A DNA stretch of 64,000 nucleotides. It comes from Macrostomum lignano. Its lineage: Eukaryota. Where the stretch lies: positions 124,001 to 188,000 of the forward strand of contig NIVC01000152.1 of the NCBI GenBank assembly GCA_002269645.1, in the 5' to 3' direction. The notes beneath the pieces were generated by a model that was given only the letters and a program-made list of their open reading frames with translations, was not told the DNA's origin and made no database searches. Shown here piece after piece: positions 1 through 12,049 of this stretch. Positions within the stretch are counted from its first letter, which is position 1, and every line of letters begins with the position of its first letter. The translations under genes and the position numbers were made by a program.

Positions 1-1
1 C

Positions 2-277
2 GGCCTGTGGCTCGGGTGCAGCCTGCTGACCATCTTCGAGGCCGTCGACTTGCTGATGGCGCTGTGCGCGGCCAGCCGGCCGGTCCGCTGGAGCGAACAG
101 CAGCCGGCCGCTGCGCCCGCCATCACGGCCGCCGTACACGCTCCTGCCGGTCCCAACGGCGCTGGCAATGACACGGCTGTCATCATCGGGCTTGGAGAGC
201 AGGCCCGGGGGAACAGGTCACATCGGCCAGGGGAGCGGCGATGGACCAGACAGCAACTTAACGGCTCGGGACGATAA
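2..277 (+). CDS. DEG/ENaC (ASIC-like) amiloride-sensitive channel, C-terminal part (TM2 and tail); 5' end outside window
   Basis: Frame from nt 2 reads GLWLGCSLLTIFEAVDLLMAL, matching the DEG/ENaC TM2/selectivity-filter signature (GLxLGxSxLTxxE). Continues into track ORF 50..277 and ends at TAA 275-277. Confidence 0.8.
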   Translation, partial: GLWLGCSLLTIFEAVDLLMALCAASRPVRWSEQQPAAAPAITAAVHAPAGPNGAGNDTAVIIGLGEQARGNRSHRPGERRWTRQQLNGSGR

Positions 278-287
278 CTGTTTTGAG

Positions 288-729
288 GGCCTTAGCAACT
301 CAGTGTGATTGATTAGCTTGAATACGGACTTTAGCAACTCCGCGTGATTGATTATAATAACCTTGGATACGGACCTTAGCAACTCTGTGTGATTGATTAT
401 AATTACATTGGATACGGACCTTAGCAACTCCGTGTGATGGATTCTACTCGTAATTACAATGAATACGGACCTTAGCAACTCCGTGTGATCGATTACCTTG
501 GATACGGACCTTAGCAACTCCGTGTGATTGATTAGCTTGAATACGGACTTTAGCAACTCCGCGTGATTGATTATAATAACCTTGGATACGGACCTTAGCA
601 ACTCTGTGTGATTGATTATAATTACATTGGATACGGACCTTAGCAACTCCGTGTGATGGATTCTACTCGTAATTACAATGAATACGGACCTCAGCAACTC
701 CGTGTGATCGATTACCTTGGATACGGACC
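288..729. repeat. Composite tandem repeat: 33-42 bp subunits (core ACGGACCTTAGCAACTCCGTGTGAT) in a 219-bp higher-order unit, about 2 copies
   Basis: GATTAGCTTG recurs at 311 and 530; track ORF 218..760 is a repeat translation. Confidence 0.9.
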
Positions 730-1564
730 AAGCGTCGAACATTCGGTTGCACATAAGCATATGAAATTGGCCTTCATTATTTGTTATGCTAGCTGCTAGC
801 TACGACTAAAAATTTAAAGGCCGGTACTCGCAACCATTTTTACTCTAACGAATCTCATGGGTTGAGATTTAGATTTCTGTAGCCAAACCCTTTTTGTCAT
901 TGTAAATTTATAATACAAAATATTATCAAAGTTTTTAAAAAGAAGAATTTTAGTTTGTAAGTCTGCTAATCAATCATATATTTGGATATTCAAGGATATT
1001 CCCTGTACAGACACGGTGGCAGAGCAATATGAAAACACGTTTTATTTAGAAAAATATACAAATAAAATATTAATTGGAAGTGGCACAAATATCGCTTATG
1101 TACACGGGGCCGACTAATAAAGTTAATAATACGAAACTGGCTGAGAGAATTTGGATTTTAATCAATTTCTATCTCTCATTAGCGCGCATACTGAGTCAAT
1201 TAGGTAAATCATATTGGCCAGGCAAATTAGACATTACTCATAGTTGCAAATTGACACAGGAACGAATGAAAACACAATGCCACGATTCTGCATTTACATG
1301 CTAATATAGGCTTATAAGCATTATTGAAGTTTCTTAGCTTTAATCAATACAATACTACTATCTAATTGCCTTATGACGGTACTAGCAGTAGAATGTGTGG
1401 ATTAGACACGATTTTATGCTGTCAATTTACTGAAAAATCGTATTATGTCGCTGGCCTTATACTGACCTTAGGAAGATAAGTTGTACTGGACTAAAAACTA
1501 TACTGCGGCTATATACTCGCATGCAGGTGTAAATCTATTGCTTAAATTCAAGTGTTCTATTCAC

Positions 1565-1950
1565 TGAAACAGGTGGGATATCGGCAAAACACATTGGAGA
1601 GACATAGGGATATCGAAAACCCGCACTGAGACTGGGAGGATATCGGCAACCCACACTGAGACAGGGGGCATCGGCAACCCACAGCGAGACTGTAGGAATA
1701 TCGGCAAAACACATTGGAGAGACATAGGGATATCGAAAACCCGCACTGAGACAGGTGGGATATCGGCAACCCACATTGGAGACATAGGGATATCGAAAAC
1801 CCGCACTGAGACAGGTGGGATATCGGCAACCCACATTGGAGACATAGGGATATCGAAAACCCGCACTGAGACAGGTGGGATATCGGCAACCCTCACTGAG
1901 ACAGGTGGGCTATCGGCAACCCTCACTGAGACAGGTGGGATATCAGCAAC
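1565..1950. repeat. Tandem repeat of 30-bp subunits, often as a 60-bp dimer (GGGATATCGGCAACCCACATTGGAGACATA / GGGATATCGAAAACCCGCACTGAGACAGGT)
   Basis: Direct reading; lies just 3' of the RUFY stop codon. Confidence 0.9.
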
Positions 1951-1971
1951 CCACAGTCGGTCACAGACAGG

Positions 1972-2616
1972 CTACTTAGCGGGACCGGATGCATTGGAGT
2001 AGCGCTGCAGCAGGCGGGTGTTGCAGGAGTCGCACACCCGCTCAGGCTTGGCCGAGCTGGGCAGCGGCAGCCGCTGGTCGGAACAATCGGCGCAGAACAC
2101 GCCACCGCAGTTCCGACAGTGATGCTTCCGCCTAGCAACTGAGAATTGCCGGTTGCACTGTTGGCAGCTAGTCACCTGGCGTTCGTCCGTCCACTCGGCC
2201 TGCTGTCCGGCCGACTGTCCGGCTACGCCAAGCGAGTTCTGTTCGGACAGTTCGTTCAGTCTTAGCTTCATCGTGGACAACTGGCCGGCCATCTCGGCCA
2301 GTGCCTGCTCCTGTCCGGCCACGGTCTCGCGCAGCCGGTCGCGCTCCTCGACCAGGGCCGCCGTCGCTCCGGGGTCGCCAGCGCCGCTGGCGCTCCCGCC
2401 GCCGAGGACCTCTTTCCGACGGGAGAGGCTCTTCTCCTCCTCCTGCTGCTGCTGGGCGTCTTTCAGATCATCCTGCAGGCTGACCCGCCATTCCCGCTCG
2501 ATGCGCAGGTCGGCCTCCAAAGCGGAGCGCTGGGCCTCGGCTTCGGCCACCTGGCGGCCGAGCTTGCGGGCCGCCTCCTCGGCGCCGCTCAGCTGCGACT
2601 CGGCCTCGGCGGACGC
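1972..2616 (-). CDS. RUFY1/2: RUN and FYVE domain protein, exon 4 (coiled coil + FYVE)
   Basis: FYVE motifs WTDE, CQQC, RRKHHCRNCG, RVCDSC. Acceptor CTGCAG| at 2617, stop TAG 1972-1974. Exons 4727-5399, 4022-4270, 3293-3660, 1972-2616 total 1935 nt = 644 aa with matching phases. Confidence 0.93.
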   Translation of the reverse strand, partial: ASAEAESQLSGAEEAARKLGRQVAEAEAQRSALEADLRIEREWRVSLQDDLKDAQQQQEEEKSLSRRKEVLGGGSASGAGDPGATAALVEERDRLRETVAGQEQALAEMAGQLSTMKLRLNELSEQNSLGVAGQSAGQQAEWTDERQVTSCQQCNRQFSVARRKHHCRNCGGVFCADCSDQRLPLPSSAKPERVCDSCNTRLLQRYSNASGPAK

Positions 2617-2719
2617 CTGCAGAATGCCGAGATGGACGACGGGTTGTTGACAGTCGGGGTGGTGGGCGTTGAGGAGTTAGATGCCATCCTCTGAGTTCGC
2701 TAGAGCAGCTTCTTTAGCT

Positions 2720-3250
2720 ACCCCTCTGAGATCCTACCCCTGACTACCCTCTCAAATCCTACTCTACCCTCTCAAATCCTACTCTACCCTATCAGATCCT
2801 ACTCTACCCTATCAGATCTTACTCTACCCTATCAGATCCTACTCTACCCTATCACATCCTACTCTACCCTATCAGATCCTACTCTACCCTATCACATCCT
2901 ACTCTACCCTATCAGATCCTACTCTACCCTATCAGATCCTACTCTATTCTATCAGATCATACTCTACCCTATCAGATCCTACTCTACCCTATCACATCCT
3001 ACTCTACCCTATCAGATCCTACTCTACCCTATCACATCCTACTCTACCCTATCAGATCCTACTCTACCCTATCAGATCCTACTCTATTCTATCAGATCAT
3101 ACTCTACCCTATCAGATCCTACTCTACCCTATCAGATCCTACTCTACCCTATCAGATTCTACTCTACCCTATCAGATCCTACTCTACCCTACCAGATCCT
3201 ACTCTACTCTATCAGATCCTACTCAACCTTCTCAAATCCTACCCTACCCT
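2720..3250. repeat. 20-bp minisatellite (ATCAGATCCTACTCTACCCT) filling RUFY intron 3
   Basis: Direct reading, roughly 25 copies. Confidence 0.95.
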
Positions 3251-3292
3251 CCCAGATTCCCTCTAAGCGACAAAAAGAACGAAATTGCCAAC

Positions 3293-3660
3293 CTGCTCCG
3301 CTCGTTGCAGCGCCACTTGCAGCTCCTCATTTTTAGATTCAAGCCGAGCAACCAGAGTGGTCTTTGATGCCAGCTGGTCTTCACGTTCGCGCAGCTTAGC
3401 TGACAGATCCAGACTGAGCGTCTTGATTTCCTCCAGCTGGCGCCGCAGAGTGACCAGACTGTCCTGCTTGTCATGCACGTCTCGTTCAAGCAGGCGAACG
3501 GCCAGCTCCAGATCTGTCCGCTCCCGTATCTGTCGCTGCAGTTCGCGTTCAAGTTCGAACCGGTTCTGCGTCTCCTCTTTTAAGCGACGCTGCAACTCCT
3601 GGTAGAGCTGGTCGAGGCCTTTTCGGCTCTCTTCGTGCGTCTGCCGCTCCACGGCCATGT
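3293..3660 (-). CDS. RUFY1/2: RUFY exon 3 (coiled coil)
   Basis: Acceptor TTTCAG|AC at 3661, donor CAG|GTTGGC at 3292; MAVERQTHEE...LERDVHDKQDSLVTLRRQLEEIK is typical RUFY coiled coil. Confidence 0.9.
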
Positions 3661-3691
3661 CTGAAACAACGGAGAACGGGAGAGAGAAAGA

Positions 3692-3920
3692 CGGACTAAA
3701 TTACGGACTCAAAAAAGGACTAAATTACGGACTCAAAAAACCGACTAAATTACGGACTCAAAAAAGGACTAAATTACGGACTCAAAAAACGGACTAAATT
3801 ACGGACTCAAAAAAGGACTAAATTACGGACTCAAAAAAGGACTAAATTACGGACTCAAAGAAGGACTAAATTACGGACTCAAAAAACGGACTATATTACG
3901 GACTCAAAACGGACTAAATT
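3692..3920. repeat. 24-bp minisatellite (GGACTAAATTACGGACTCAAAAAA) in RUFY intron 2
   Basis: Period 24 (3693, 3717, ...). Confidence 0.93.
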
Positions 3921-4021
3921 ACGACTGAAAACAGGACTTTATCACGGACTGAAAACGGACTAAATCACGGGACTACAGGACTAATTAAGCCACAGGACTA
4001 AATTACAGACTTGCAAATTAC

Positions 4022-4270
4022 CTGATCGAACGGCTTCTTTCTGCTGTTCGTGCGACGCCTGCAGGCTGGCTTTCTCGGCCTCCAGCCCGGCCACACGCTC
4101 CTTGACAGTCGTGAGCTCGGCACGCAGCGCAGCCGAGGCCTGCCGTTCGTCCAGCAGTTCGCGACAGCTCCGGTCAAGCCGATCCTGCAACGCCTGACGC
4201 TGCTGACCGAGTTGGGCGAGCAGCTCCTCCTGGTAGTTGATCTGGTCCTGCAGGGCGCTGGTCTCTGGAC
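4022..4270 (-). CDS. RUFY1/2: RUFY exon 2 (coiled coil)
   Basis: Acceptor CCTCAG|GT at 4271, donor TCAG|GTAATT at 4021; ALQDQINYQEELL resembles the RUFY LDQKNYVEEL motif. Confidence 0.88.
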
Positions 4271-4307
4271 CTGAGGAAGGGCGACAGATTGTATGGATGA
4301 CACAGCA

Positions 4308-4682
4308 ACTGATGATCTGAGAGGCTGACCCAGCAACTGAGGATCTGGGAGGCTGGCCCAGCAACTGAGGATCTGGGAGGCTGGCCCAGCAACTGAGGAT
4401 CTGGGAGGCTGGCCCAGCCACTGAGGATCTGGGAGGCTGACCCAGGAACTGAGGATCTGGGAGGCTGGCCCAGCAGCTGAGGATCTGGGAGGCTGACCCA
4501 GGAACTGAGGATCTGCGGGGCTGGCCTAGCAACTGAGGATCTGAGAGGGTGGCTCAGCAACTGAGGATCTGATAGGGTGGCTCAGCAACTGAGGATCTGA
4601 GAGGGTGGCTCAGCAACTGATGATCGGAGAGGGTGGCTCAGCAACTGAGGATCTGAGAGGGTGGCTCAGCAACTGAGGATCT
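4308..4682. repeat. 28-bp minisatellite (CAGCAACTGAGGATCTGGGAGGCTGGCC) in RUFY intron 1
   Basis: Period 28 (4331, 4359, ...). Confidence 0.93.
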
Positions 4683-4726
4683 GTGAAGACAGACTCAGCG
4701 CCACCCAGAAAAAGCCCGAGGCTCAC

Positions 4727-5399
4727 CCTCCTGAGCGGCGGCCGACCCGTCGTCCTCGAAGCTCTTAGCCATGTACAAGCTGTAGCGAATCTCCCGCAAC
4801 GGCTGCAGCAGGCTCGGTGCGCACCGCTTATAATCGAACGCATAGTCTATCACCCCCAGGCCGATGAGCAGTCCGCACACAACCTGAGCATCCTCGTGCA
4901 GCAGCAGTGCGCCAGGCAGGTACAGCTCCCTTAGTCGGGCCTCCTGCATCTGCAGCAGGGCACGCATGGCCTGGGCTAGGGACTTCCGCATCAGCATCAG
5001 GCGGCACCAGGCGCGCAGCCGACCGAGCCCGCTGCCACGGAGGCCGGCCAGCTCCTGCGCTGTCTGAGTCGCCTCCCTGGCCTCCGGACACACAGCCGGC
5101 AACTGTTCAACTGTTGGCCAAGGATTGCACACTCGCTCGTTGAATAATAGGCCGCCTCTAGAAGGACGGAGTCCGTGGCAGAACACATGATCTAGCATTG
5201 TGAGCAGCTCGGACAGCGCGTCCTCGGACATTGTCCGGCCTCTGGTGACGGCCGAGTCTAGTACGGATTTCACTGACAGACGCAAAGCGTGGACAATGTT
5301 CTGGCGTTGAATCGCCAAGTTGCCAGCGTCTGAGGAAGCTGAAGCTGCGGCGGCTGCTTCAGGCCCGCTGGCGCTATCGGCAGAGTCCGCCCTCTGCAT
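4727..5399 (-). CDS. RUFY1/2: RUFY exon 1 (RUN domain)
   Basis: ATG at 5399 (MQRADS); RUN motifs LDHVFCHGL, GLGRLRAWCRLMLMRKSL, LRELYLPGALLL; donor GAGG|GTGAGC at 4726. Confidence 0.9.
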
Positions 5400-7468
5400 G
5401 TGCGGCTGGCTGAGATTGAAATAGTTGAATTTTACTACTAACAGTAAGGAATATTTGTAGTCAAAATAACATAATACCATCGATAATTAATGGTTGCTAT
5501 AGGTTTTCGATAAAACCTGAACCGCTTAGTATGTTGGAATAGGATAAAAAGTTTGTATTGGGGACTCCTGGGAGCCAGGATAAATGGAATTGGGACCCTA
5601 CTACTAGTAGTATCTAGGCATATATAGGGGTTTACGAGTATATAGGTCATATAGAAGGATACAGGCGGGTTCATATCTCCAAAATTTGGTATCTCCAAAA
5701 ATAGATTCTTTTACAACTCCAATACTTCATATTTTCAAAACTTAAATATGAAAGAGATGCATTCAGACTCAAAGAGATCAATTTTGGAGATATGAAAACA
5801 CCCAAAAAACACACTAAAACATGCCTTTATAAGGCATATATTAGGTCTTAAGGTAAATATAGAGCACAAATAGAAATGAATTAAATTTTCAAATTGAAAT
5901 CCCAATTCTATATTTAAACTCAATATATTTCCTATTCTATATCAAAACCATTAGCTTTTAGATATTTAGATATCTAAGTATTTAGATGGCCAACTATATT
6001 TTTATACTATAGTCATCATTTATCCTAATCAAATTAAACAAGATTTTTAGATTTAATTTGCCTATTGTGCACTATAGCTACCTATAGGCTATAGACTATT
6101 AGCAAATTTACTAATGTTAATTTTTAATATAGCCAATATTTACTTTAGTAATAAACTACATATATATTGATTTGTATATTTCAACCATAATTAATAATTA
6201 GTTGCTTTGGATTTATAATAAATCAATTATTATATTCATAGCCTACTTTTAAATTGACTTATGGCAAAAAATAATAATAAATGCTTTTAAAGAAAAAAAC
6301 AATATTAAAAGTCTTTACTCTTTGGTACAAATGAAATCTACATATAACTATAAGTATATATAAAATTTGTGTGAATACCAATACAATATGGTATTTTTAT
6401 GATTTTATGATTATGATTTGATTTTACTATTTATTCAATATCATAAGATTTGTAATTTATAAATGAAAAAGAATTGATAAAAAATAACACTTCTAATAAA
6501 TACTATGTTCTTCAATAACTTAACTAGTAAAACATAATAAGTAATAAATGAATATAAAATTCTAGAATTAATTGAAATCTTCTTATTGGTAATTCCAAAA
6601 AGAAAAAATAAATATAAGAAAGATTTCAAATAGTTTCAACAATTAAATATATGTCTTAATAATATAGGCATAAGTTTTCAATGCCAATAGTATTCTAGAA
6701 AAAATCTTAAAGAAATAATGATATATTATCAATATCATATGATCAAGTAATGCTAAAGGATGAAAAGAATTAAAACTATTTTTTCATATAAAATAATACC
6801 TTTATACAATATATTAAAAATAGACAATCTATACAAATTATACAATATAGAAAAATAAAAATAGACTAGCTATACAATATAAAATGTTGATTTTTCATTT
6901 ACAAATATAAGAATATGTACACATACTCATATACAGGTGTGAGTCTCAATGAATCCCCAGTAAATCTGGACCAAGCCATTTGCATTGCCTGCAAATTCGC
7001 ACAGGTTGATAACATTTTTAGTATATGGATTTAGTATATTTAGATTATAAATTACAAGCATATTATAAATGTAACAAAACCAATATTAGGCCTGGACGAC
7101 ATCCACTACTATTAAGGCAAGTAAAAAATATCACAGCTGGCCTGGTGCAAATTTTGTTAAACGTTTATTGCCTACTGCCCTTGGGCTTGACCCTATTCTG
7201 GATTTCTGGACATCCATATACTAAAAATGGTCTGTCGGTAGGTATCTTATTAACTAATAAGAGTTTATTAAGATCTGAATGGTCGTTACTTTAAATAGTT
7301 TTACTTTTAAATTAATAAAATTCTTGACCATTCTAAGTTTTTTTCATTAAGTGAAGTAACTGATCTATTTCTTTTCGAAAAAACTATGGTTCAGCAGGGT
7401 GCAGATTATCTATTTATCATATTTATTGCACGGGATCGAATTCCATCCAACGGTAGTAGTAGTAGTAG

Positions 7469-8950
7469 ACGTATCTGTTTCCCCATAGATATTCGTATTG
7501 ATATTCAATTTCTAACAAATGCAACAAAATAAACCTACTTGTACAGCTCGGATTTGCTTGAAAATTTACAGAAAAATTATTACACACAAAACAAACACCT
7601 CTGTGAAACTTCAAGTCCATCAGACCACGCAAAGCGGAATGGCAAGGGTTTTAAAGGTGCTCGTATTTATAATGCATTGTATATGCGCACAGTGTATAAC
7701 ATGTATGCTCATTTGCAACACTTGTACAGCTCGGATTTGCATGAAAATTTACAGAAAAATTATTACACACAAAACAAACACCTCTGTGAAACTTCAAGTC
7801 CATCAGACCACGCAAAGCGGAATGGCAAGAGTTTTAAAGGTGCTCGTATTTATAATGCATTGTATATGCGCACAGTGTATTACATGTATGCCCATTTGCA
7901 ACACTTGTACAGCTCGGATTTGCATGAAAATTTACAGAAAAATTATTACACACAAAACAAACACCTCTGTGAAACTTCAAGTCCATCAGACCACGCAAAG
8001 CGGAATGGCAAGAGTTTTAAAGGTGCTCGTATTTATAATGCATTGTATATGCGCACAGTGTATAACATGTATGCCCATTTGCAACACTTGTACAGCTCGG
8101 ATTTGCTTGAAAATTTACAGAAAAATTATTATACACAAAACAAACACCTCTGTGAAACTTCAAGTCCATCAGACCACGCAAAGCGGAATGGCAAGAGTTT
8201 TAAAGGTGCTCGTATTTATAATGCATTGTATATGCGCACAGTGTATAACATGTATGCCCATTTGCAACACTTGTACAGCTCGGATTTGCTTGAAAATTTA
8301 CAGAAAAATTATTACACACAAAACAAACATCTTTGTGAAACTTCAAGTCCATCAGACCACGCAAAGCGGAATGGCAAGAGTTTTAAAGGTGCTCGTATTT
8401 ATAATGCATTGTATATGCGCACAGTGTATAACATGTATGCCCATTTGCAACACTTGTACAGCTCGGATTTGCATGAAAATTTACAGAAAAATTATTACAC
8501 ACAAAACAAACACCTCTGTGAAACTTCAAGTCCATCAGACCACGCAAAGCGGAATGGCAAGAGTTTTAAAGGTGCTCGTATTTATAATGCATTGTATATG
8601 CGCACAGTGTATAACATGTATGCCCATTTGCAACACTTGTACAGCTCGGATTTGCTTGAAAATTTACAGAAAAATTATTACACACAAAACAAACACCTCT
8701 GTGAAACTTCAAGTCCATCAGACCACGCAAAGCGGAATGGCAAGAGTTTTAAAGGTGCTCGTATTTATAATGCATTGTATATGCGCACAGTGTATAACAT
8801 GTATGCCCATTTGCAACACTTGTACAGCTCGGATTTGCTTGAAAATTTACAGAAAAATTATTGCACACAAAACAAACACCTCTGTGAAACTTCAAGTCCA
8901 TCAGACCACGCAAAGCGGAATGGCAAGAGTTTTTTTAAGGTGCTCGTATA
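7469..8950 (+). repeat. Left TIR: 71-bp tip plus about 7.7 tandem copies of a 183-bp unit
   Basis: TGTACAGCTCGG at 7540, 7723, 7906, 8089, 8272, 8455, 8638, 8821. Confidence 0.95.
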
Positions 8951-8967
8951 TCGTATATTTATATGAT

Positions 8968-9790
8968 TGTCACGTTATTGGCGTAGCGGCCAGCTATGCG
9001 GTGACCCTTAAAAGGGCCGTTTTAGTCCCGAAATAAGTTGAAGTCAATTCTTGTAAAGCGGATTTTGTAGCGGAGCACTTGGCGATAAAGGCAGGAACTG
9101 CCGTAGTTGTCTTTATTGTTAATATCAGTATTAAGTTTGGTTGTTACTGGCAATAAACAGACTATAGCTTTCTGGGCACTGGCGGCTGCAGCAATGGGTT
9201 GAATATAATTTGGATATGAAGTCAAGTGGCAGGCGAATGACACAATGGCGACGTGACGTGAGCAGTGGCTATGAGCACAGTGAAGGCAGTGAAACGTAGT
9301 GGTGAGTTGGCGTCGGTCGTGGCGTGAAACAGTCAAGTAAGTGTGTGAGCAGGCTGGCCCAGACAGAAGGGCCGTGGTGAGAAAAAGGAGGCTCGAGGCA
9401 GCCAGACAAACAGATAAGACAACTAAGAGGCCGCAGGGAAGGAAACAAGGGACAAGCGGGGAGAGACGAAAAAGGGGGGTGCCCGCCGCCAGGCGGGGGG
9501 TTTAATAAAAGAGCGCAGAGGGGGGTAGCGCGAGCACGAGTGATTTCATTGGCTGGCGAGAGAACTTAAAATTATCGATCGTGCCAATTTTATACGGTCG
9601 CGAGAGAGGATAGCAAAATATACAGTGAATTAGAAATTGCCACAAAATCGTTGGGCACTACTACAAGTAAACGTCGCAATAAACGAATGGAAAAGTTTAG
9701 TTGAAACGGTGAAACTGAAGGGTTGAATGACTATGGAGAACAGCAGTCCAACGGCCCTTTTCGGGACCACCTTAAACTGACAACGTCACA
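8968..9790 (-). mobile_element. Gypsy LTR (3' LTR position), 823 bp
   Basis: TG...CA ends (tgtcacgtt...aacgtcaca), flanked by TGAT on both sides; appears identical to 15970-16792. Confidence 0.9.
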
Positions 9791-11169
9791 TGATGCACAT
9801 ATAGCTTGCTAGCTCGTAAGCGCGATGCAACGCGAAGTGCAATACCTGCATATAGGCCCGTATATTATACATGTTACATGTACCCAGCTCATGCATGCGT
9901 GACTGCGAATTATGTCGGCACTGTTTTGGTGAGTATTCCACTCACGTTGCAAATGTAAAATTCAATTAGCAGAATGTAATTTTCATTGCTATTAATGCAA
10001 ATAGCTATTGTCCACAAACATTTCTGTTGTTAACCCTATACCAATTCAGTCTCTGATCGTAGCTGCGTAATAAGTCATAAGTCTGAATTACTAACGCGAG
10101 CCAAATATTGCATGTACATGTATAAGCCAGCCCTGTGAAGCGCAGGTGCCAATTGTAGACTCCTCTTGGCTTGGCACGCAAGCCTAGCACAAAAATAACG
10201 CAACATTTGGCCTAATTTCTACACCACTCTATGCAACCGTTGGGATATGCAGCTTGGGTTAAAAATACAAACTTGTTTCGAAATTTTCAAAGTGACAGTC
10301 GCTGAGAACTTTTGATGTATTTAGTATTACATGTTACGTACATGTGCATATATGTATATGCACGCGTGGTACTTCTAATAACATCAATAAAAGCGTGGAC
10401 AGTTTTGATGAAATGCATGTAACCAATAAAAAGGTTATAACAGGAATTTAAATTACAACAAAGATGAATACTTAAATAGATTTACATACAAAATGTACTG
10501 AACAGTTCGGCTCATAATCGCTCTATACCAACCATTAGATCGAGCATGTGTTCCCTAATAATATTACTCTTAGTAGTCATCACGCTGTTGTCAAGCTCTC
10601 GATTAAATCGGAGCCACAAAGATCCACTGTGGCGAGAGGTCCTACTTTTAGTGTAGAAGAGGCCCGATTGAAAACCCTGAGAAGTCCCATGAAAGTTGCA
10701 AACTGAACTATTTAAATGAGCGCTGCTCCACTCTCTGAAAGAATATCGAACACCTGCATGGGCCGCGGTTAGAGCCCCCTGTTTTGTTCGAGTGGGAATG
10801 GTTGTTCGCCTGTTCATGTCCATGTCGGTCGATCCCCAATTCGAGTGGTCCTTAGCATAAATTGATTATATTGCATTCCATGGCTCGTAATCGAACATCT
10901 GCATAGGGGGATGAAAAAAGCGGGCGAACAAACAAAAACAACGGGATGGGAGGGCGGCCATACATATTTTTCTAGTCAGAAAATTAGCAGCAAAAAGCAG
11001 CAGCCTCACGACCCTTCTGTACATGGAAGATTGGCCGTCGCGACTGCCACAGGTGCACTCAGAACCAGATCTAGAGAACCTCTTGCTCCAAAAATAAGGA
11101 ACTGGAGAGATCCATTTACGAGTAATGGCGACATTCACGTACATGTACAGTTGTGTAAAAATCAAGTAA

Positions 11170-12038
11170 CTAATGCGAAAACATGTCTTTGCACGTTGCG
11201 CAACAAAAACCTGGATCGGTCGACCCTTCGACGCATTCTGTGTGATACCAACGAAGACAGGAGGGACATTCAATCTAGAAATGAAGGGGTGAGCGAAAAT
11301 TAACCGCATTATGCTGTAAGCACAACTCGACTGCATATTCGATCGACTGCATCTTAAGCTGGAGTTCAATCTGTATGACTGCTTTAAGCAATCTGCTTGG
11401 CAAAAGTGAAATTCGTAGTTAAAAAAATAAAAAAAGGAAAATTACTCGTATTTTACCCAATTTATGCGACGACTAACGCCCGAAGCGTCAGGTTCTGTGT
11501 TGCTACAGGCTGAGCACTCTTCCTGCGTTCCTCCATAGCTGTAGGCCTGGATCACATTCCAGATATACTGTCTGTATCTTCCGAGAGCCGTCGGATTGTT
11601 CTTGAACCGGAGACCAGAACCAAGAGCTAATGCCCTAGCGTACAGGCATACAAACACTCCGCAACTATGACCATCAGATTGCATTGTTCTCGACATTGTG
11701 GCCAGCTCATATGGCTTCGATGTGCTGCTGGTGAATACCGGAGCGCTTTGGTCAACAAATGCCATTATTCCATCGGAAGCCAATATGCGGCTAGAAAGTT
11801 AACAGAAATTTTACAGATTTGCCACATCAGTACTTAAGTTCACTTTTATTTATTCTCTGGACATGTACACAAACTATTGTACTCACTTCCATTTGCGAAT
11901 TAGAACATGAAACTCTTGCTTCTCTTGCGCATTACGCCGAATCGAATCCAGCACAAAGACCTTTCGTTCAACGCCGCAAATAACGATCAAGTAAAAATGC
12001 CCGCTGTTTAAAATAGGCACGATTATTTGATTCAGGCC
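11170..12038 (-). CDS. Duplicated Ulp1 (C48) protease + PHD finger exons (11887-12038, 11457-11790, 11170-11274), now in frame behind Gypsy RT
   Basis: IIVPILNSGHFYL..VLDS (His, Asp); QSDGHSCGVFV (Gln, Cys); CSAC..W|IECPSCLRWYHTEC..FCCATC (C4HC3). GT-AG introns of 96 and 182 bp with compatible phases. Confidence 0.8.
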
Positions 12039-12049
12039 CTGCAACATCA

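Larger units (their letters stand above)
8968..12049. repeat. Copy 1 of a 3.08-kb direct duplication (LTR + MULE 3' region); copy 2 is 15970-19050
   Basis: Paired identical track ORFs (9022/16024, 10005/17007, 10512/17514, 10911/17912, 11442/18443). The only difference I noticed is one G in a run near 10915-10920. Confidence 0.95.

Noticed and set aside
7519-9036. 505-aa and 475-aa ORFs (and mirror ORFs at 21769-22532) as real proteins
   Set aside because: They are translations of a 183-bp (multiple of 3) TIR repeat, open in two frames, with no recognisable domain or splice context.
10512-11369. Track ORFs 10512..10823, 10866..11369 and 10911..11303 (and their duplicates) as separate genes
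   Set aside because: No domain signal; they overlap the PHD exon in other frames or lie in the transposon 3' region.
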